This document shows positions 48,002-57,786 of a stretch of 64,000 nt of DNA, piece by piece. Each line of letters begins with the position of its first letter. The first letter of the stretch is position 1. The stretch spans positions 4,678-68,677 of the forward strand of contig JBJFET010000139.1 in assembly GCA_051891035.1 (NCBI GenBank), given 5' to 3'. Made by a program: the position numbers and the translations under genes. Source of the DNA: Succinivibrio sp. (GTDB taxonomy: Bacteria; Pseudomonadota; Gammaproteobacteria; Enterobacterales; Succinivibrionaceae). The notes under the pieces are model-generated. The model had not been told where the DNA came from. It did not search any database and worked only from the letters and a program-made list of their open reading frames with translations.

Positions 48002-49006
48002 ATGGCTGATAACAGAATTATTGCTGATAATGGGGGCAGTACCCTCATCATAGAAGGGATCCGTAATTTTTCAGATAAGCTGGGAAGTTCAAGTTTCCTG
48101 AATCTTATTTTTATGAATGGCTCAGGTAAAATCTCTGAGTGCATCGCTAAAGATATTACCTATAAAGGGTCAAGAATTGAGATTAGGCTTCCTGCTAGTG
48201 TAAATAATGAGCTTGCCTATAGGGCAAAATCATGTTCTCACAGATTTACTCTGAGGTTTGCAGAGGTTGACTCATCTGGTAACGCTCTTGGCAGTACTCT
48301 GACATCTGAAGTGATTGCTCTTGGTAATTTTACCATTGTAAAAGAGCAAGCTGTGTCTGAAATCACTGAAGTTAAGGAGGAGTCTATCATTGCTCCTGTT
48401 AATGATCCTCCTTTAGCACAGCAGAGCAAAAATAAAGGCTCAGCCTTAAAATTCGTGATAGCAGGAGTGGCTGCATTTTTACTGCTTCTTGCTGTTGCAT
48501 TTCTTGCATGGTTGCTGTTGTTTAACTCTAATTCCTCTGATGAGACTCAGGAGAGTATGGAGGCACAGGAATCTGCCGTTCAGGAGTCCGTTCCTGAGAA
48601 AGATGAGGAACCTGCAGCTGAGGTTGCAGCAAAAACTCTGTCTGATGAAAGCTATGGAGCAGAGAAATCTTCAGCTACAGTCGGTGTGTGCCGTATTTCA
48701 TCAGATACTGATGCTGTGATTATAAAAAACTGTCTGGCTTCAACTCCAGATACAACAGCAGTCCTGAACCTTGCAGAGGAAGCTCTGTCAAAGAACAGAT
48801 GCGAACTTGGAAAACGACTGCTCTCAGCATATGGCAGACGTGACAGCAAGGTTTCGCTGATATTTGCTAAATATTATAATGCCAATGAGCAGAAGGAATC
48901 TTCATGTATTGCAAAGGATAAGGCTCAGGCTATCTACTGGTATGAAAAGTCGGCAGCTCTTGGAAATCAGGAAGCCGCTGATGCATTAACTGGACTTAAG
49001 AAATAG
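48002..49006 (+). CDS. Single-TM protein with a C-terminal Sel1-like repeat (SrfD-like position)
   Basis: TM FVIAGVAAFLLLLAVAFLAWLLLF; paired Cys; AKDKAQAIYWYEKSAALGNQEA Sel1-type motif. Confidence 0.7.
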   Translation: MADNRIIADNGGSTLIIEGIRNFSDKLGSSSFLNLIFMNGSGKISECIAKDITYKGSRIEIRLPASVNNELAYRAKSCSHRFTLRFAEVDSSGNALGSTLTSEVIALGNFTIVKEQAVSEITEVKEESIIAPVNDPPLAQQSKNKGSALKFVIAGVAAFLLLLAVAFLAWLLLFNSNSSDETQESMEAQESAVQESVPEKDEEPAAEVAAKTLSDESYGAEKSSATVGVCRISSDTDAVIIKNCLASTPDTTAVLNLAEEALSKNRCELGKRLLSAYGRRDSKVSLIFAKYYNANEQKESSCIAKDKAQAIYWYEKSAALGNQEAADALTGLKK

Positions 49007-49018
49007 TTAAGGTCTCAT

Positions 49019-50941
49019 ATGAAAAAGATTGGATTATTATCAGGACTGGCAGTTTTATCACTGCTTGGACAGAACAGCTTTGCGCAGGATGAACCACTTC
49101 TTATTGAAGGCAAGAGTTCAATTTACCAGAGAGTTCTGACAACCCCTTCATGTAGGCTGATGAAGAGTCCTGCCGATAAAAACGGCAGCACAGTTGATGC
49201 ATTTACCCGCTTTTATGTTTATGAAAGAGAAAACGGCCTAATCAAGGTGGGACCTGATGATAGCGGAAAGATATCAGGATATCTTTCAGATAAATGCACG
49301 GTTGACTGGAAGATGCAGACTGCTCTGATGTTTACCAATCCTGCCAACAGAAACAGAGCGCTGGTCTTTAAAACCAAGGATGCATTAAATTCAGTTATTG
49401 AATCTCCAGATCCAGCTGCAAAGATGCAGCCTCTGATGAAAAAAGCTCTGTCAGGTCAGTACGCTGAGGGAGTAGTTTCAATTGAACCTGAGAACTACAT
49501 CGATTACAAGAATCAGTTCTATCTTTTACCAATTCTGGATTTTGAGGAGACCATGTTTGATGACGGCAATTACGTGCGAGAGCTAAAGATTGCCTCAGTT
49601 ACCAAAAACGAAGGACAGTCCTCAAAAAATGATGAAGACAACCAGCTTAAGATTTTCAAGGCAGCAATTGTCTTTGTAATTGATTCTAGTATTTCAATGC
49701 AGCCTTACATTGACAGAACCAAGGAGACTATCCAGACAATCACAAAATCAATTCATGATTTGGGACTGTCATCAAATGTGCATTTTGGTCTTGTATCCTT
49801 CAGATCAAATACCAAGGTCACTCCTGCACTTGAGTACACATCTAAGGTATTTGTAAAACCAGGTGCAGTAACTGATGAGAAAGAGTTTGAGAACAAACTG
49901 TCATCTCTCAATCAGGCAAAGGTATCAAGCAAGTATTTTGATGAGGATTCTTTTGCTGGTATCAGTACAGCTCTTGATGAGGTTGACTGGTCAGAGTATG
50001 GCGGACGTTACATCGTACTTATTACAGATGCCGGTGGCATCAAGGGGTCTGATAAGCTGTCAAGTACAGGACTTGACAGTAAGGAGCTTAGAGTCGAGGC
50101 AGATCACAAGGGGGTGGCAATCTATACCATGCACCTTCTTACTGATTCTGGCAAAAGAAATTCAAATCATGAAAAGGCTAGAGCACAGTATATGGATCTG
50201 TCATATAACCAGACCATCAGCAAGTCTCTGTACTATCCTGTAAATGCAGGCAATGTTGACAGCTTTGGAAAAATGATTGACAGTCTTTCAAACAACATCA
50301 CAAAGCAGGTAAAACTGCTCTCAGAGGGAAAGTCTGCAGTTGGAGAGGCTATGACCGAGGAGAGTGATTCTCAGATGGAGAAGGATACGGTAGCACTTGG
50401 CTATGCCATGCAACTTGCCTATCTTGGAGAGAAGCTTGGTACTTCTGTGCCTCCTTTCATGACAGGCTGGATAGCAGACAGAGATCTTGCATCTCACGAC
50501 AGGGCAACCAGTACACCGGTAGTTCTGCTTACAAAAGGTGAGCTCTCTTCACTCAAGGATATAACCTCAAGGATCCTCGATACAGCCAATCAGGGAATTC
50601 TAGAGCCAGAGCAGATGTTCAGTCAGCTGCGTTCAATTGCTGTATCATTGGGACGTGATCCATCAACAATCAGCAAAGAGAAGACATTAAAGCTTAATGA
50701 ACTTGGATTGTTAGGTGAGTTTATTGAAGATCTTCCATACAAGAGCAGAATTCAGGAGTTAGATGAAGACACCTGGTCTAGCATGGGGCCTGATGAACAG
50801 AATCAGACAATTGAAGATCTTGAGAACAAGCTTCGCTACTATCAGCAGTGCAATGATGATGCTGCCCGCTGGATACAGCTGAACAAAGATGAGGATTCAT
50901 CAGAGGCTGTATATCCTGTTCCACTTGAAGTATTACCTTAA
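49019..50941 (+). CDS. Exported vWA-domain protein resembling the periplasmic half of PpkA; no kinase domain
   Basis: Sec signal (..QNSFA); PLLIEGKSSIYQRVL; VFVIDSSISMQPYID MIDAS; VLITDAG; VLLTKGELSSL; EDLPYKS; ends YPVPLEVLP. Confidence 0.75.
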   Translation: MKKIGLLSGLAVLSLLGQNSFAQDEPLLIEGKSSIYQRVLTTPSCRLMKSPADKNGSTVDAFTRFYVYERENGLIKVGPDDSGKISGYLSDKCTVDWKMQTALMFTNPANRNRALVFKTKDALNSVIESPDPAAKMQPLMKKALSGQYAEGVVSIEPENYIDYKNQFYLLPILDFEETMFDDGNYVRELKIASVTKNEGQSSKNDEDNQLKIFKAAIVFVIDSSISMQPYIDRTKETIQTITKSIHDLGLSSNVHFGLVSFRSNTKVTPALEYTSKVFVKPGAVTDEKEFENKLSSLNQAKVSSKYFDEDSFAGISTALDEVDWSEYGGRYIVLITDAGGIKGSDKLSSTGLDSKELRVEADHKGVAIYTMHLLTDSGKRNSNHEKARAQYMDLSYNQTISKSLYYPVNAGNVDSFGKMIDSLSNNITKQVKLLSEGKSAVGEAMTEESDSQMEKDTVALGYAMQLAYLGEKLGTSVPPFMTGWIADRDLASHDRATSTPVVLLTKGELSSLKDITSRILDTANQGILEPEQMFSQLRSIAVSLGRDPSTISKEKTLKLNELGLLGEFIEDLPYKSRIQELDEDTWSSMGPDEQNQTIEDLENKLRYYQQCNDDAARWIQLNKDEDSSEAVYPVPLEVLP

Positions 50942-51693
50942 TGAGCGATATATCCTATAAGATTTCCGATCTGTCTTTTTCCTACAGGAACAAAGACGGA
51001 TCGTGCGGTTATACGGTAAAACTGCCAGAGCTTTTGCTAAAAAGCGGGCAGGTTATGTGTATTACCGGAGTGTCAGGCTGCGGCAAGAGTACTCTGCTTG
51101 AGTGTCTTGGCCTGTTAAGAAACACCTATAGCGCTGCCACTCAGATTATAGGAGATATGGACATTTTTAATCTGTCCGTAAAAAAGCGGAATCTTTTTGC
51201 AAGTGCCTATCTTGGTTATATGCCTCAGACAGGGGGACTTGTTCCTTATCTTAGTTTTAGGGACAATCTTGCGCTGCAGATAAAGGTGGCAGCAGGGGCA
51301 CTTCACACTCTTACAAAGGAGAGAGCTGATACAGACAGACTTATGAGAGACATATTAAACAGCCTTGATGAGTTTTCCATGTCTGATTTAATTGACCGCT
51401 ATCCTCATGAACTGTCAATCGGCCAAAGGCAGAGAGCAGTTTTTTTCAAGACACTCTGTCACAGACCAAAGGTTCTTTTGATTGATGAGCCTACATCCTC
51501 GCTTGATCCTGAGCATGGAGAACTTCTGTTTTCAAATATAGTGAAGATGTCACAGGAGCAGGGAATATCTGCTCTTGTTGTGACACATGATCTGTCTTTG
51601 GTTAATAAATTCTCACTGCCATCTCTTGATTACCGCTTGAGTGAAAAGAGCACTGGAGAGTTTGTCCTAAAGAGGAGTCAGCATGATAACTAA
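50941..51693 (+). CDS. ABC ATPase, LolD/TagT-like
   Basis: GVSGCGKSTLL, LSIGQRQR, LLIDEPTSSLDP, VVTHD. Confidence 0.9.
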   Translation: MSDISYKISDLSFSYRNKDGSCGYTVKLPELLLKSGQVMCITGVSGCGKSTLLECLGLLRNTYSAATQIIGDMDIFNLSVKKRNLFASAYLGYMPQTGGLVPYLSFRDNLALQIKVAAGALHTLTKERADTDRLMRDILNSLDEFSMSDLIDRYPHELSIGQRQRAVFFKTLCHRPKVLLIDEPTSSLDPEHGELLFSNIVKMSQEQGISALVVTHDLSLVNKFSLPSLDYRLSEKSTGEFVLKRSQHDN

Positions 51694-52879
51694 GCTTGCA
51701 CTTCAGTCGTTAAGATTTGAAAAACTTCTGACAGTAAGTCTTATCGCAACGCTGATGGCTGTAATTGCTCCTCTACTGATTTTGTTTTCACTTCGTTATG
51801 GAATTGTCAGCACTCTTGAGAGCAATCTCAAATCTTCACCTGTTAATCTTGAGATAAAGCTTAATACCGGCTACAAGCTTGATGAAAGGTTTTTCAGTCT
51901 TCTTGAAAATGACAGCAGAATAGACTTTTTCATGCCTCTGACCCGCTCATTGAGTACTACGGCAGACATCAGTGCAAATGGAACTCTAAAGCGTGATTTG
52001 ACAGCTCTTCCTTCAGGAGCAGGTGATCCTGTCCTAAAAAAAACAGGTCTTGAGGATGAGCTGAAAGACACAGAGGCCTATCTGTCCGAGACCCTTGCCT
52101 CTGAGCTTTCTCTGAAAAAGGGTGACACCTTTAAACTTGTAGTCTCAAGGATCAAGGATGGTGAGAGGGTAAACAGCGTTGTTCCATTTACCATGAAAGG
52201 TGCTGTAAAAAAGGAATATCTTCCCTACAAGACTATGCTTATAAGCTTTAACACTCTTATATGCATGGAGGATTTCAAGGATGGATTTGAGCCTTTGATA
52301 TTTTCAGATGGTTCATATCCTAATGAGAAGCGCAAGTATTTTGCCAAGGCCAGAATTTATGTAAAGACCCTTGATGATGTTGCTCCTGTTGATGCCATGC
52401 TCAACTCCATGAATTATCAGACATTCAGCAGGCTGTCTTCAATTGAAGAGTTCAAGGCTATAAGCAGAGTTCTCAATTATCTGTTTTCAGTCATATCACT
52501 GATTTCAGTTACAGGTGGAATACTAGCAAGTGCAGGACTCATACTCACGTTCATATTAAGAAGTGAAAAGAGTTATGCGCTTCTGATCCTCACAGGTATC
52601 AGCCGTACAAAGATAGCGCTGATGGTGGTTTTACAGAATGTGATCCTCTCAGGAGCTGCATTTGCCTTCTCGGTAGCACTCTACTTTTCTGGAAGTTACA
52701 TATTTAATAATTATTTTTCTGGCCTGACAGGAATGGACTGTGTTGTAAGTTCACTTACTCTATGTCATCTGTTATCAGGCTATCTGATTACACTGTCCAT
52801 ATCTGTAATCACAGGTGGACTGATAATTTATTTCAGACTGTCAAAACTCAGGATTGCAGATACATTAAGAGCGGTATAA
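51683..52879 (+). CDS. ABC permease, FtsX/LolE/TagS-like
   Basis: N-terminal TM (AVIAPLLILFSLRYG), large periplasmic loop, ARIYVKTLDDVAP, three C-terminal TMs. Confidence 0.85.
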   Translation: MITKLALQSLRFEKLLTVSLIATLMAVIAPLLILFSLRYGIVSTLESNLKSSPVNLEIKLNTGYKLDERFFSLLENDSRIDFFMPLTRSLSTTADISANGTLKRDLTALPSGAGDPVLKKTGLEDELKDTEAYLSETLASELSLKKGDTFKLVVSRIKDGERVNSVVPFTMKGAVKKEYLPYKTMLISFNTLICMEDFKDGFEPLIFSDGSYPNEKRKYFAKARIYVKTLDDVAPVDAMLNSMNYQTFSRLSSIEEFKAISRVLNYLFSVISLISVTGGILASAGLILTFILRSEKSYALLILTGISRTKIALMVVLQNVILSGAAFAFSVALYFSGSYIFNNYFSGLTGMDCVVSSLTLCHLLSGYLITLSISVITGGLIIYFRLSKLRIADTLRAV

Positions 52880-54592
52880 ATGAAAATGTCAGCAGTTTCC
52901 AGCCATAAATTGTTAAAAGTAGCATTATTAACAGCTGCATTATCTGCAGTAAATCTCTCTTTTGCAGATGATCTGTACAATCCCAATCCTGACAGTGATG
53001 ATGTGACAGTGTCCATGCCATGCAACGCCAAGATGGTATTCAGAAAAGTATATACCTCAACCTCCGCACAGAAGGTAAAAGACAAGGCATATAACGCAGG
53101 CTCTTCAGAGAACAGTTCACCAATGAGTCAGAATCCAAGCCGGCGATATGTACAAGGATCATTTCATGATGACAGGGGCTATTACTATCTGATTGGCAAG
53201 TATGAGCTTATGAAGGGACAGTATGAAGCTCTGGTAAATCAGGACAAATGCCGATCCACAAATAAAATGTCGAGACTTCCTGCTGTACAGATTTCGTATT
53301 TTGATGCGCTAAATGCTGCAAATACCTATTCGATATACTTGCAATCGGCCAAAGATACACCTGCAAACGGAACTGTCAAAGCCTATGCACGACTGGTAAC
53401 GGATGATGAGTGGGAGTATGCCTGCAGAGGCGGCAGTGCGGTAACTCAAAGTGAGTTTGAAGCTGATTTGCCTCCAATGGAAAATGATGACATCTCTTTA
53501 TATGCCTGGCATCAGGGAGCACAGAGTGCTAATGGCAAACTGCAGCTGGCAGGTCTTAAAAAGCCAAATCCTCTTGGAATATATGACATGCTTGGTAATG
53601 CTCAGGAGATGACTCTTGAGCCTTTCAAGGCTGTAAGAACAGGACGACTACTGGGAATGTCAGGCGGAATCTGTGTAAGAGGCGGAAGTTATCTTTCTCC
53701 AAAAGAGTCACTCAAAAGTGCTCTTAGAACCGAAAAGCCACTGTATAAAGGCAACAGGGAATTAAGTGCTAACGATACCTCCACCCGTTTCGTGCTGGGA
53801 TTGCCTGTTGCATCAAACATAGATGAGATTAAAAAACTCAATGAACAGATCAGAAGTCTTGGTAATGGTGAAGGAGAGGATGGCGCCTTATCTGGAGAGG
53901 CTGAAAAGCTGGCAAAACTTGATGAGTCCAATAAGAAGAAGCAGGCAGAGCTGAACAAGGAGAAAGCCGAGCTTAAAAAGGCAAATGATGCTCTTGAACA
54001 GAAGAACTCTTCTCTAGAGGATAAGACATCAGAACTTAGCCGAATCAATAATGATCTTATGTCTTTAAACGAGAAACTGACACAGAGCAATGAGGATTTA
54101 AACAGTCAGTTAGGTGGACTTAAAGGAAAGATTGAACTTGCAAACTCAGAGCGTGAGAGCATGCGGGACAATGCTGTTACAGCAAATTTAAGACTCGGAG
54201 GTTTCCTGTGCAAATCCATTAAGGATGAGCAGTCATCTGTAAAGTATTTTGCAAATATCAGCAAGGTTGCAAAGGAGCAGTGTGAGAAAGACGGAAACAA
54301 GGTAAGATGTGGTTTTTATGAAAAGATTGAAAAAATGCTCAAAGATCATGAGCAGGCATTACAGACCATAGTTACCTACTATGGTGATACCATGGCCGAT
54401 GCTAGTGCCAACTACAATCCTGCAAATTTCAAAAGTCAGATAGCAAATTCAAAGCAGGCCTTTGGATCACAAACCGTCTATGAGAGTTTTATTGACAGAT
54501 ATTATCAGGATCTGATGAATTATCAGAAAGACTCAAAAGACAGAGCTGCAAACCATAAAAAATGGATGGAGCAGTGCTTTCTAGTCAGATAA
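52880..54592 (+). CDS. Exported FGE-sulfatase (SUMF1) domain protein, TagR-like, with a C-terminal coiled coil
   Basis: Signal peptide, YNPNPDSDDVTVSMPC, RLVTDDEWEYACRGG, KPNPLGIYDMLGNAQE, VRGGSY. Confidence 0.88.
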   Translation: MKMSAVSSHKLLKVALLTAALSAVNLSFADDLYNPNPDSDDVTVSMPCNAKMVFRKVYTSTSAQKVKDKAYNAGSSENSSPMSQNPSRRYVQGSFHDDRGYYYLIGKYELMKGQYEALVNQDKCRSTNKMSRLPAVQISYFDALNAANTYSIYLQSAKDTPANGTVKAYARLVTDDEWEYACRGGSAVTQSEFEADLPPMENDDISLYAWHQGAQSANGKLQLAGLKKPNPLGIYDMLGNAQEMTLEPFKAVRTGRLLGMSGGICVRGGSYLSPKESLKSALRTEKPLYKGNRELSANDTSTRFVLGLPVASNIDEIKKLNEQIRSLGNGEGEDGALSGEAEKLAKLDESNKKKQAELNKEKAELKKANDALEQKNSSLEDKTSELSRINNDLMSLNEKLTQSNEDLNSQLGGLKGKIELANSERESMRDNAVTANLRLGGFLCKSIKDEQSSVKYFANISKVAKEQCEKDGNKVRCGFYEKIEKMLKDHEQALQTIVTYYGDTMADASANYNPANFKSQIANSKQAFGSQTVYESFIDRYYQDLMNYQKDSKDRAANHKKWMEQCFLVR

Positions 54593-54604
54593 GGGAAAAA
54601 CAAG

Positions 54605-56134
54605 ATGCTAAGAATTTACAGATGCAGGGAAGAGGAAGTCTCACCTGAAGTAAAGAACTATGCACTGCATGCGGTAGCTTTTGAAAATGAGATAGCATCA
54701 CGATTTGGTGCCGATTACAGGAACATCATGGCCCGTCCTGAGATAAGTGATAGCTATGTCAACTTCTACACAGCTCTATCAGGTGAAAGTTTTGCGCTAG
54801 ATGAGAGCAAAAAGGAACTCTACTCAAGTGAAATAGCCGAACATGACAAAAAAAGACAGGCTATCGTGGATTTTTTTTCAAAAAAAGATCTCACTCTAAA
54901 TGATCCATCGCTAAAGCCATATGTTGCCGATTATATAAAGCTCGTAGACAGTGAGAATCTGATTTATCTTGTAAACAGAAATCCTGTTCTTATTCCAAAA
55001 AGCTCTGTCAGAAGGGTAAAAGCAGCAATACCACCTGTGCCACCGGCAGTCGCTGGTAGAAAAAGAGGCTGTCTTGTTCCTTTTCTTCTGATGCTACTGC
55101 TGTTTTTACTCTTATTGCTGATCTTATGGTGGTTTCTCATAAGACCATGGCCAATGTCAGGTAACTTTTGTGACACCTTTAAAGGCAGATTCTATTCAGA
55201 CAGTGATCCTGCCTTTGTGATACCTGAAGATCATGATAATGATCTTGAGGAGCTACTGAGCTCACAGGAAGATGAGATAAAGGCAAAAGAAGAGGAGGAA
55301 AGACTCAAGGCTGAGGAGGAGGCACGACTCAAGGCTGAGGAGGAGGCAAGGCTCAAGGCTGAGGAGGAGGCACGACTCAAGGCTGAAGAGGAGGAAAGAG
55401 CAAAGGCTGAAGAGGCTGCAAGAGTAAAGGCTGAGCAGGAGAGAGTTGCTAAAGAGAAAGCTGAACGTGAGGCAAAGGAGAGGGCTGAGCGCGACGCAAA
55501 AGCCAAGCAGGCAGCTACTAAAAAGATGCCAAAGTGCAAGATGCTAAAGGAGCAGGGCAAAATGCCTCAGCTTGTCATAGCCTTTGATGGTTCAGAGTCT
55601 ATGACCATGCCATATGGAAGCACATCAAGGCTGGTTGCAGCAAAGATGGCTGCAAATAATCTGATAGATACAATAGACAAGAATGTCAGCATTGGGCTAA
55701 TTGAAATTAATGGGTGTCCTGCCTCAAAGGTAAGAGGTTTTTATGTCCCAGATCAAAGAGGAATGCTAAAGCAGAAAGTTTCCTCCATCAATCCATATCA
55801 GTATGACGGTAAAACTCCGCTGGTTCACGGATTAAGACAGATTGAACAGTTAACAGACGGGATCAATTCTGATGCCGTGGGCATTCTGATAAGTGATGGT
55901 GAGGATACCTGTCCTTTCACCAACGCCATGAATGTGTGCACAATTGCAGAGAATATACATAATAAAAAGCCAAAGCTTAAGATTCATACTATTCTTATCG
56001 GAGACAGTATCGATTCGGCAGCCTGCATAGCCCACAATACCGGCGGACAGGTATTTAAACCAAAAGATGCAGGTCAGATAGACACCTTTATCAAACAGGC
56101 CGGAGCATCATTAAAGAGAGTTTGTGAAGATTAG
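54605..56134 (+). CDS. SrfA-like N-terminus + TM + charged coiled-coil repeat + vWA domain
   Basis: N-terminal ARPEIS..VNFY and IYLVNRNPVLI parallel the next gene; poly-Leu TM ending WW; (RLKAEEEA)n; vWA FDGSESM, KTPL, ISDGEDTC. Confidence 0.75.
   Translation: MLRIYRCREEEVSPEVKNYALHAVAFENEIASRFGADYRNIMARPEISDSYVNFYTALSGESFALDESKKELYSSEIAEHDKKRQAIVDFFSKKDLTLNDPSLKPYVADYIKLVDSENLIYLVNRNPVLIPKSSVRRVKAAIPPVPPAVAGRKRGCLVPFLLMLLLFLLLLLILWWFLIRPWPMSGNFCDTFKGRFYSDSDPAFVIPEDHDNDLEELLSSQEDEIKAKEEEERLKAEEEARLKAEEEARLKAEEEARLKAEEEERAKAEEAARVKAEQERVAKEKAEREAKERAERDAKAKQAATKKMPKCKMLKEQGKMPQLVIAFDGSESMTMPYGSTSRLVAAKMAANNLIDTIDKNVSIGLIEINGCPASKVRGFYVPDQRGMLKQKVSSINPYQYDGKTPLVHGLRQIEQLTDGINSDAVGILISDGEDTCPFTNAMNVCTIAENIHNKKPKLKIHTILIGDSIDSAACIAHNTGGQVFKPKDAGQIDTFIKQAGASLKRVCED
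55301..55444 (+). repeat. 24-bp coding tandem repeat (RLKAEEEA), 4 near-identical + 2 degenerate units
   Basis: Units such as cgactcaaggctgaggaggaggca repeated head to tail. Confidence 0.92.
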
Positions 56135-56153
56135 TTTTTTTTAGGAACAGAAT

Positions 56154-57722
56154 ATGGCTTCAAGATTACTGAACAGCGGCGAACTTAAGAACTACCATGC
56201 CATAGGCGAGGATGGAGTACTAGTTTGGCAGAGAGCTGATGCCTTTAGAACATCTATTCTCAATTCAAAAATGCTAGGCGAGCAGTATGCAAGATGTCTT
56301 GCATCTCCTCGTTTTACCTCTGACGGAAGTCATGTGGACTGGTTTATTCCTTTTGAATCAGACAGAGCAGATGGAGAATACCATGTGGTTGAATGGACTG
56401 CTGCAAGTCCTGAAGAAAAAGAGATAGCAAGAGCAAAGCTTAGCAATATTGAGGAAAAGTTCATCAACTTTGGCTATAACCTTCAGGCAAATGCCATTAA
56501 CTCAAATGACCGTCTCTTTTCACATTTTCTAACAGGAAACGAGCATGTGAATGTAAGACTGCCTGCCTTTCATTTTCCTGATGAGTCATGTGTCTATATA
56601 GTAAACGGTGAGCCGGTTATAACCTTCTGGGGCTTTTTAAGGGGCGATGGCAAAGTTACAGGAGGTCCTTTTGACTCTCTTTATGCTCGTCCTGCAAAAA
56701 CAGCCGCCGCAGGCGCAGGCGGGGTAGCTAGCGTAGCTGCAACAGCTGCAACTGCTGCAACAGCCACTGCAGGTGTTACTGCTGCACGTTCTCATCATCT
56801 GTGCTGCATCCTTTTGCCTTTACTGCTGCTACTGCTTCTGCCACTGCTTCTGTATCTGTTATGGTGGTACTTTTATGCCGGCAACAAGCCACTTTTCAAG
56901 GTATATCCAGATTTGAACCTTGATCCTTCAATAACAGTTGATCTTCCATTGCCTGATCTGACATTAGACGGCTTTGATGCAGATCTTGATGGGGTAAAGC
57001 TTAATGATGGCATTGTTCTTCCTGAGGGTAAACTGCTTCCATCTCGTACCGCAGATGAAGAATATGAAGCTGTTCAGAATGAAGAGCTGAATGAGGGGGA
57101 GCCACTAGCTGAAAACACTGATCTTTCTGAGCAGAGTGATGTTGCTGAAAATGATCCTTCTGCACAGATACCTGAGATTGAGCAGGCAGATGATACAGAC
57201 AATACCACACAGACAGAGAATGAGGAACTAGCCAAGATTCCATTATCAGAGCCAGATGTTCCTCTAGATGACAGCATGAACACAGATGATGGTATAGTGC
57301 AGTCTGACAGTGGTTCTGCTACAGATGCTTATTCAGAAGGTCCGGCAATTTCCAATTCGGATCTGAAAAGTGGTGATATCTCAAAATTTGATGGAACCTG
57401 GAAGGTAAAATCAATGATTGTTGATAAGCAGACAAACAAACCACTGCAGCTTCAGTATGATTTTAAAAACGGCAAGGGAACTGCAACCATCACACAGCAG
57501 AACGGAGTCAAGTGTCAAGGCGCTGTTGATGGAGGACTTTCAAACAACTCATTTACAATAGGCAGTGGAGCAACTGCAAAGTGCACAGATGGTTCAACCT
57601 ATGCACTGCCATCGGTTGAATGTGTACCAGGAAAGAATGGTTACTCTCAGTGTACCTCAACATATTCAGGTCAGGGAGATGATGGAAAGAACTATAAGTT
57701 CCCTATGACAATTCACAGATAG
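56154..57722 (+). CDS. srfA: SrfA-family membrane protein
   Basis: LLNSG..AIGEDG..V, LASPR, VDWFIPF, WTAAS..EK, VYIVNGEPVITFWGF; poly-Leu TM; acidic linker; C-terminal FDGTWKV..DKQTNKPLQLQYDFKNGKG..GVKC domain. Confidence 0.85.
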   Translation: MASRLLNSGELKNYHAIGEDGVLVWQRADAFRTSILNSKMLGEQYARCLASPRFTSDGSHVDWFIPFESDRADGEYHVVEWTAASPEEKEIARAKLSNIEEKFINFGYNLQANAINSNDRLFSHFLTGNEHVNVRLPAFHFPDESCVYIVNGEPVITFWGFLRGDGKVTGGPFDSLYARPAKTAAAGAGGVASVAATAATAATATAGVTAARSHHLCCILLPLLLLLLLPLLLYLLWWYFYAGNKPLFKVYPDLNLDPSITVDLPLPDLTLDGFDADLDGVKLNDGIVLPEGKLLPSRTADEEYEAVQNEELNEGEPLAENTDLSEQSDVAENDPSAQIPEIEQADDTDNTTQTENEELAKIPLSEPDVPLDDSMNTDDGIVQSDSGSATDAYSEGPAISNSDLKSGDISKFDGTWKVKSMIVDKQTNKPLQLQYDFKNGKGTATITQQNGVKCQGAVDGGLSNNSFTIGSGATAKCTDGSTYALPSVECVPGKNGYSQCTSTYSGQGDDGKNYKFPMTIHR

Positions 57723-57786
57723 CATATACGTTAAACAGATCTGAAAACAGTCGCGATAAACAAATTGAGAATATGAGGATGGGGAA

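Noticed and set aside
52880-54592. FGE-sulfatase protein as a true formylglycine-generating enzyme or a DGR target
   Set aside because: No FGE catalytic Cys motif or sulfatase gene nearby, and no reverse transcriptase or TR/VR repeat pair; the context fits TagR.
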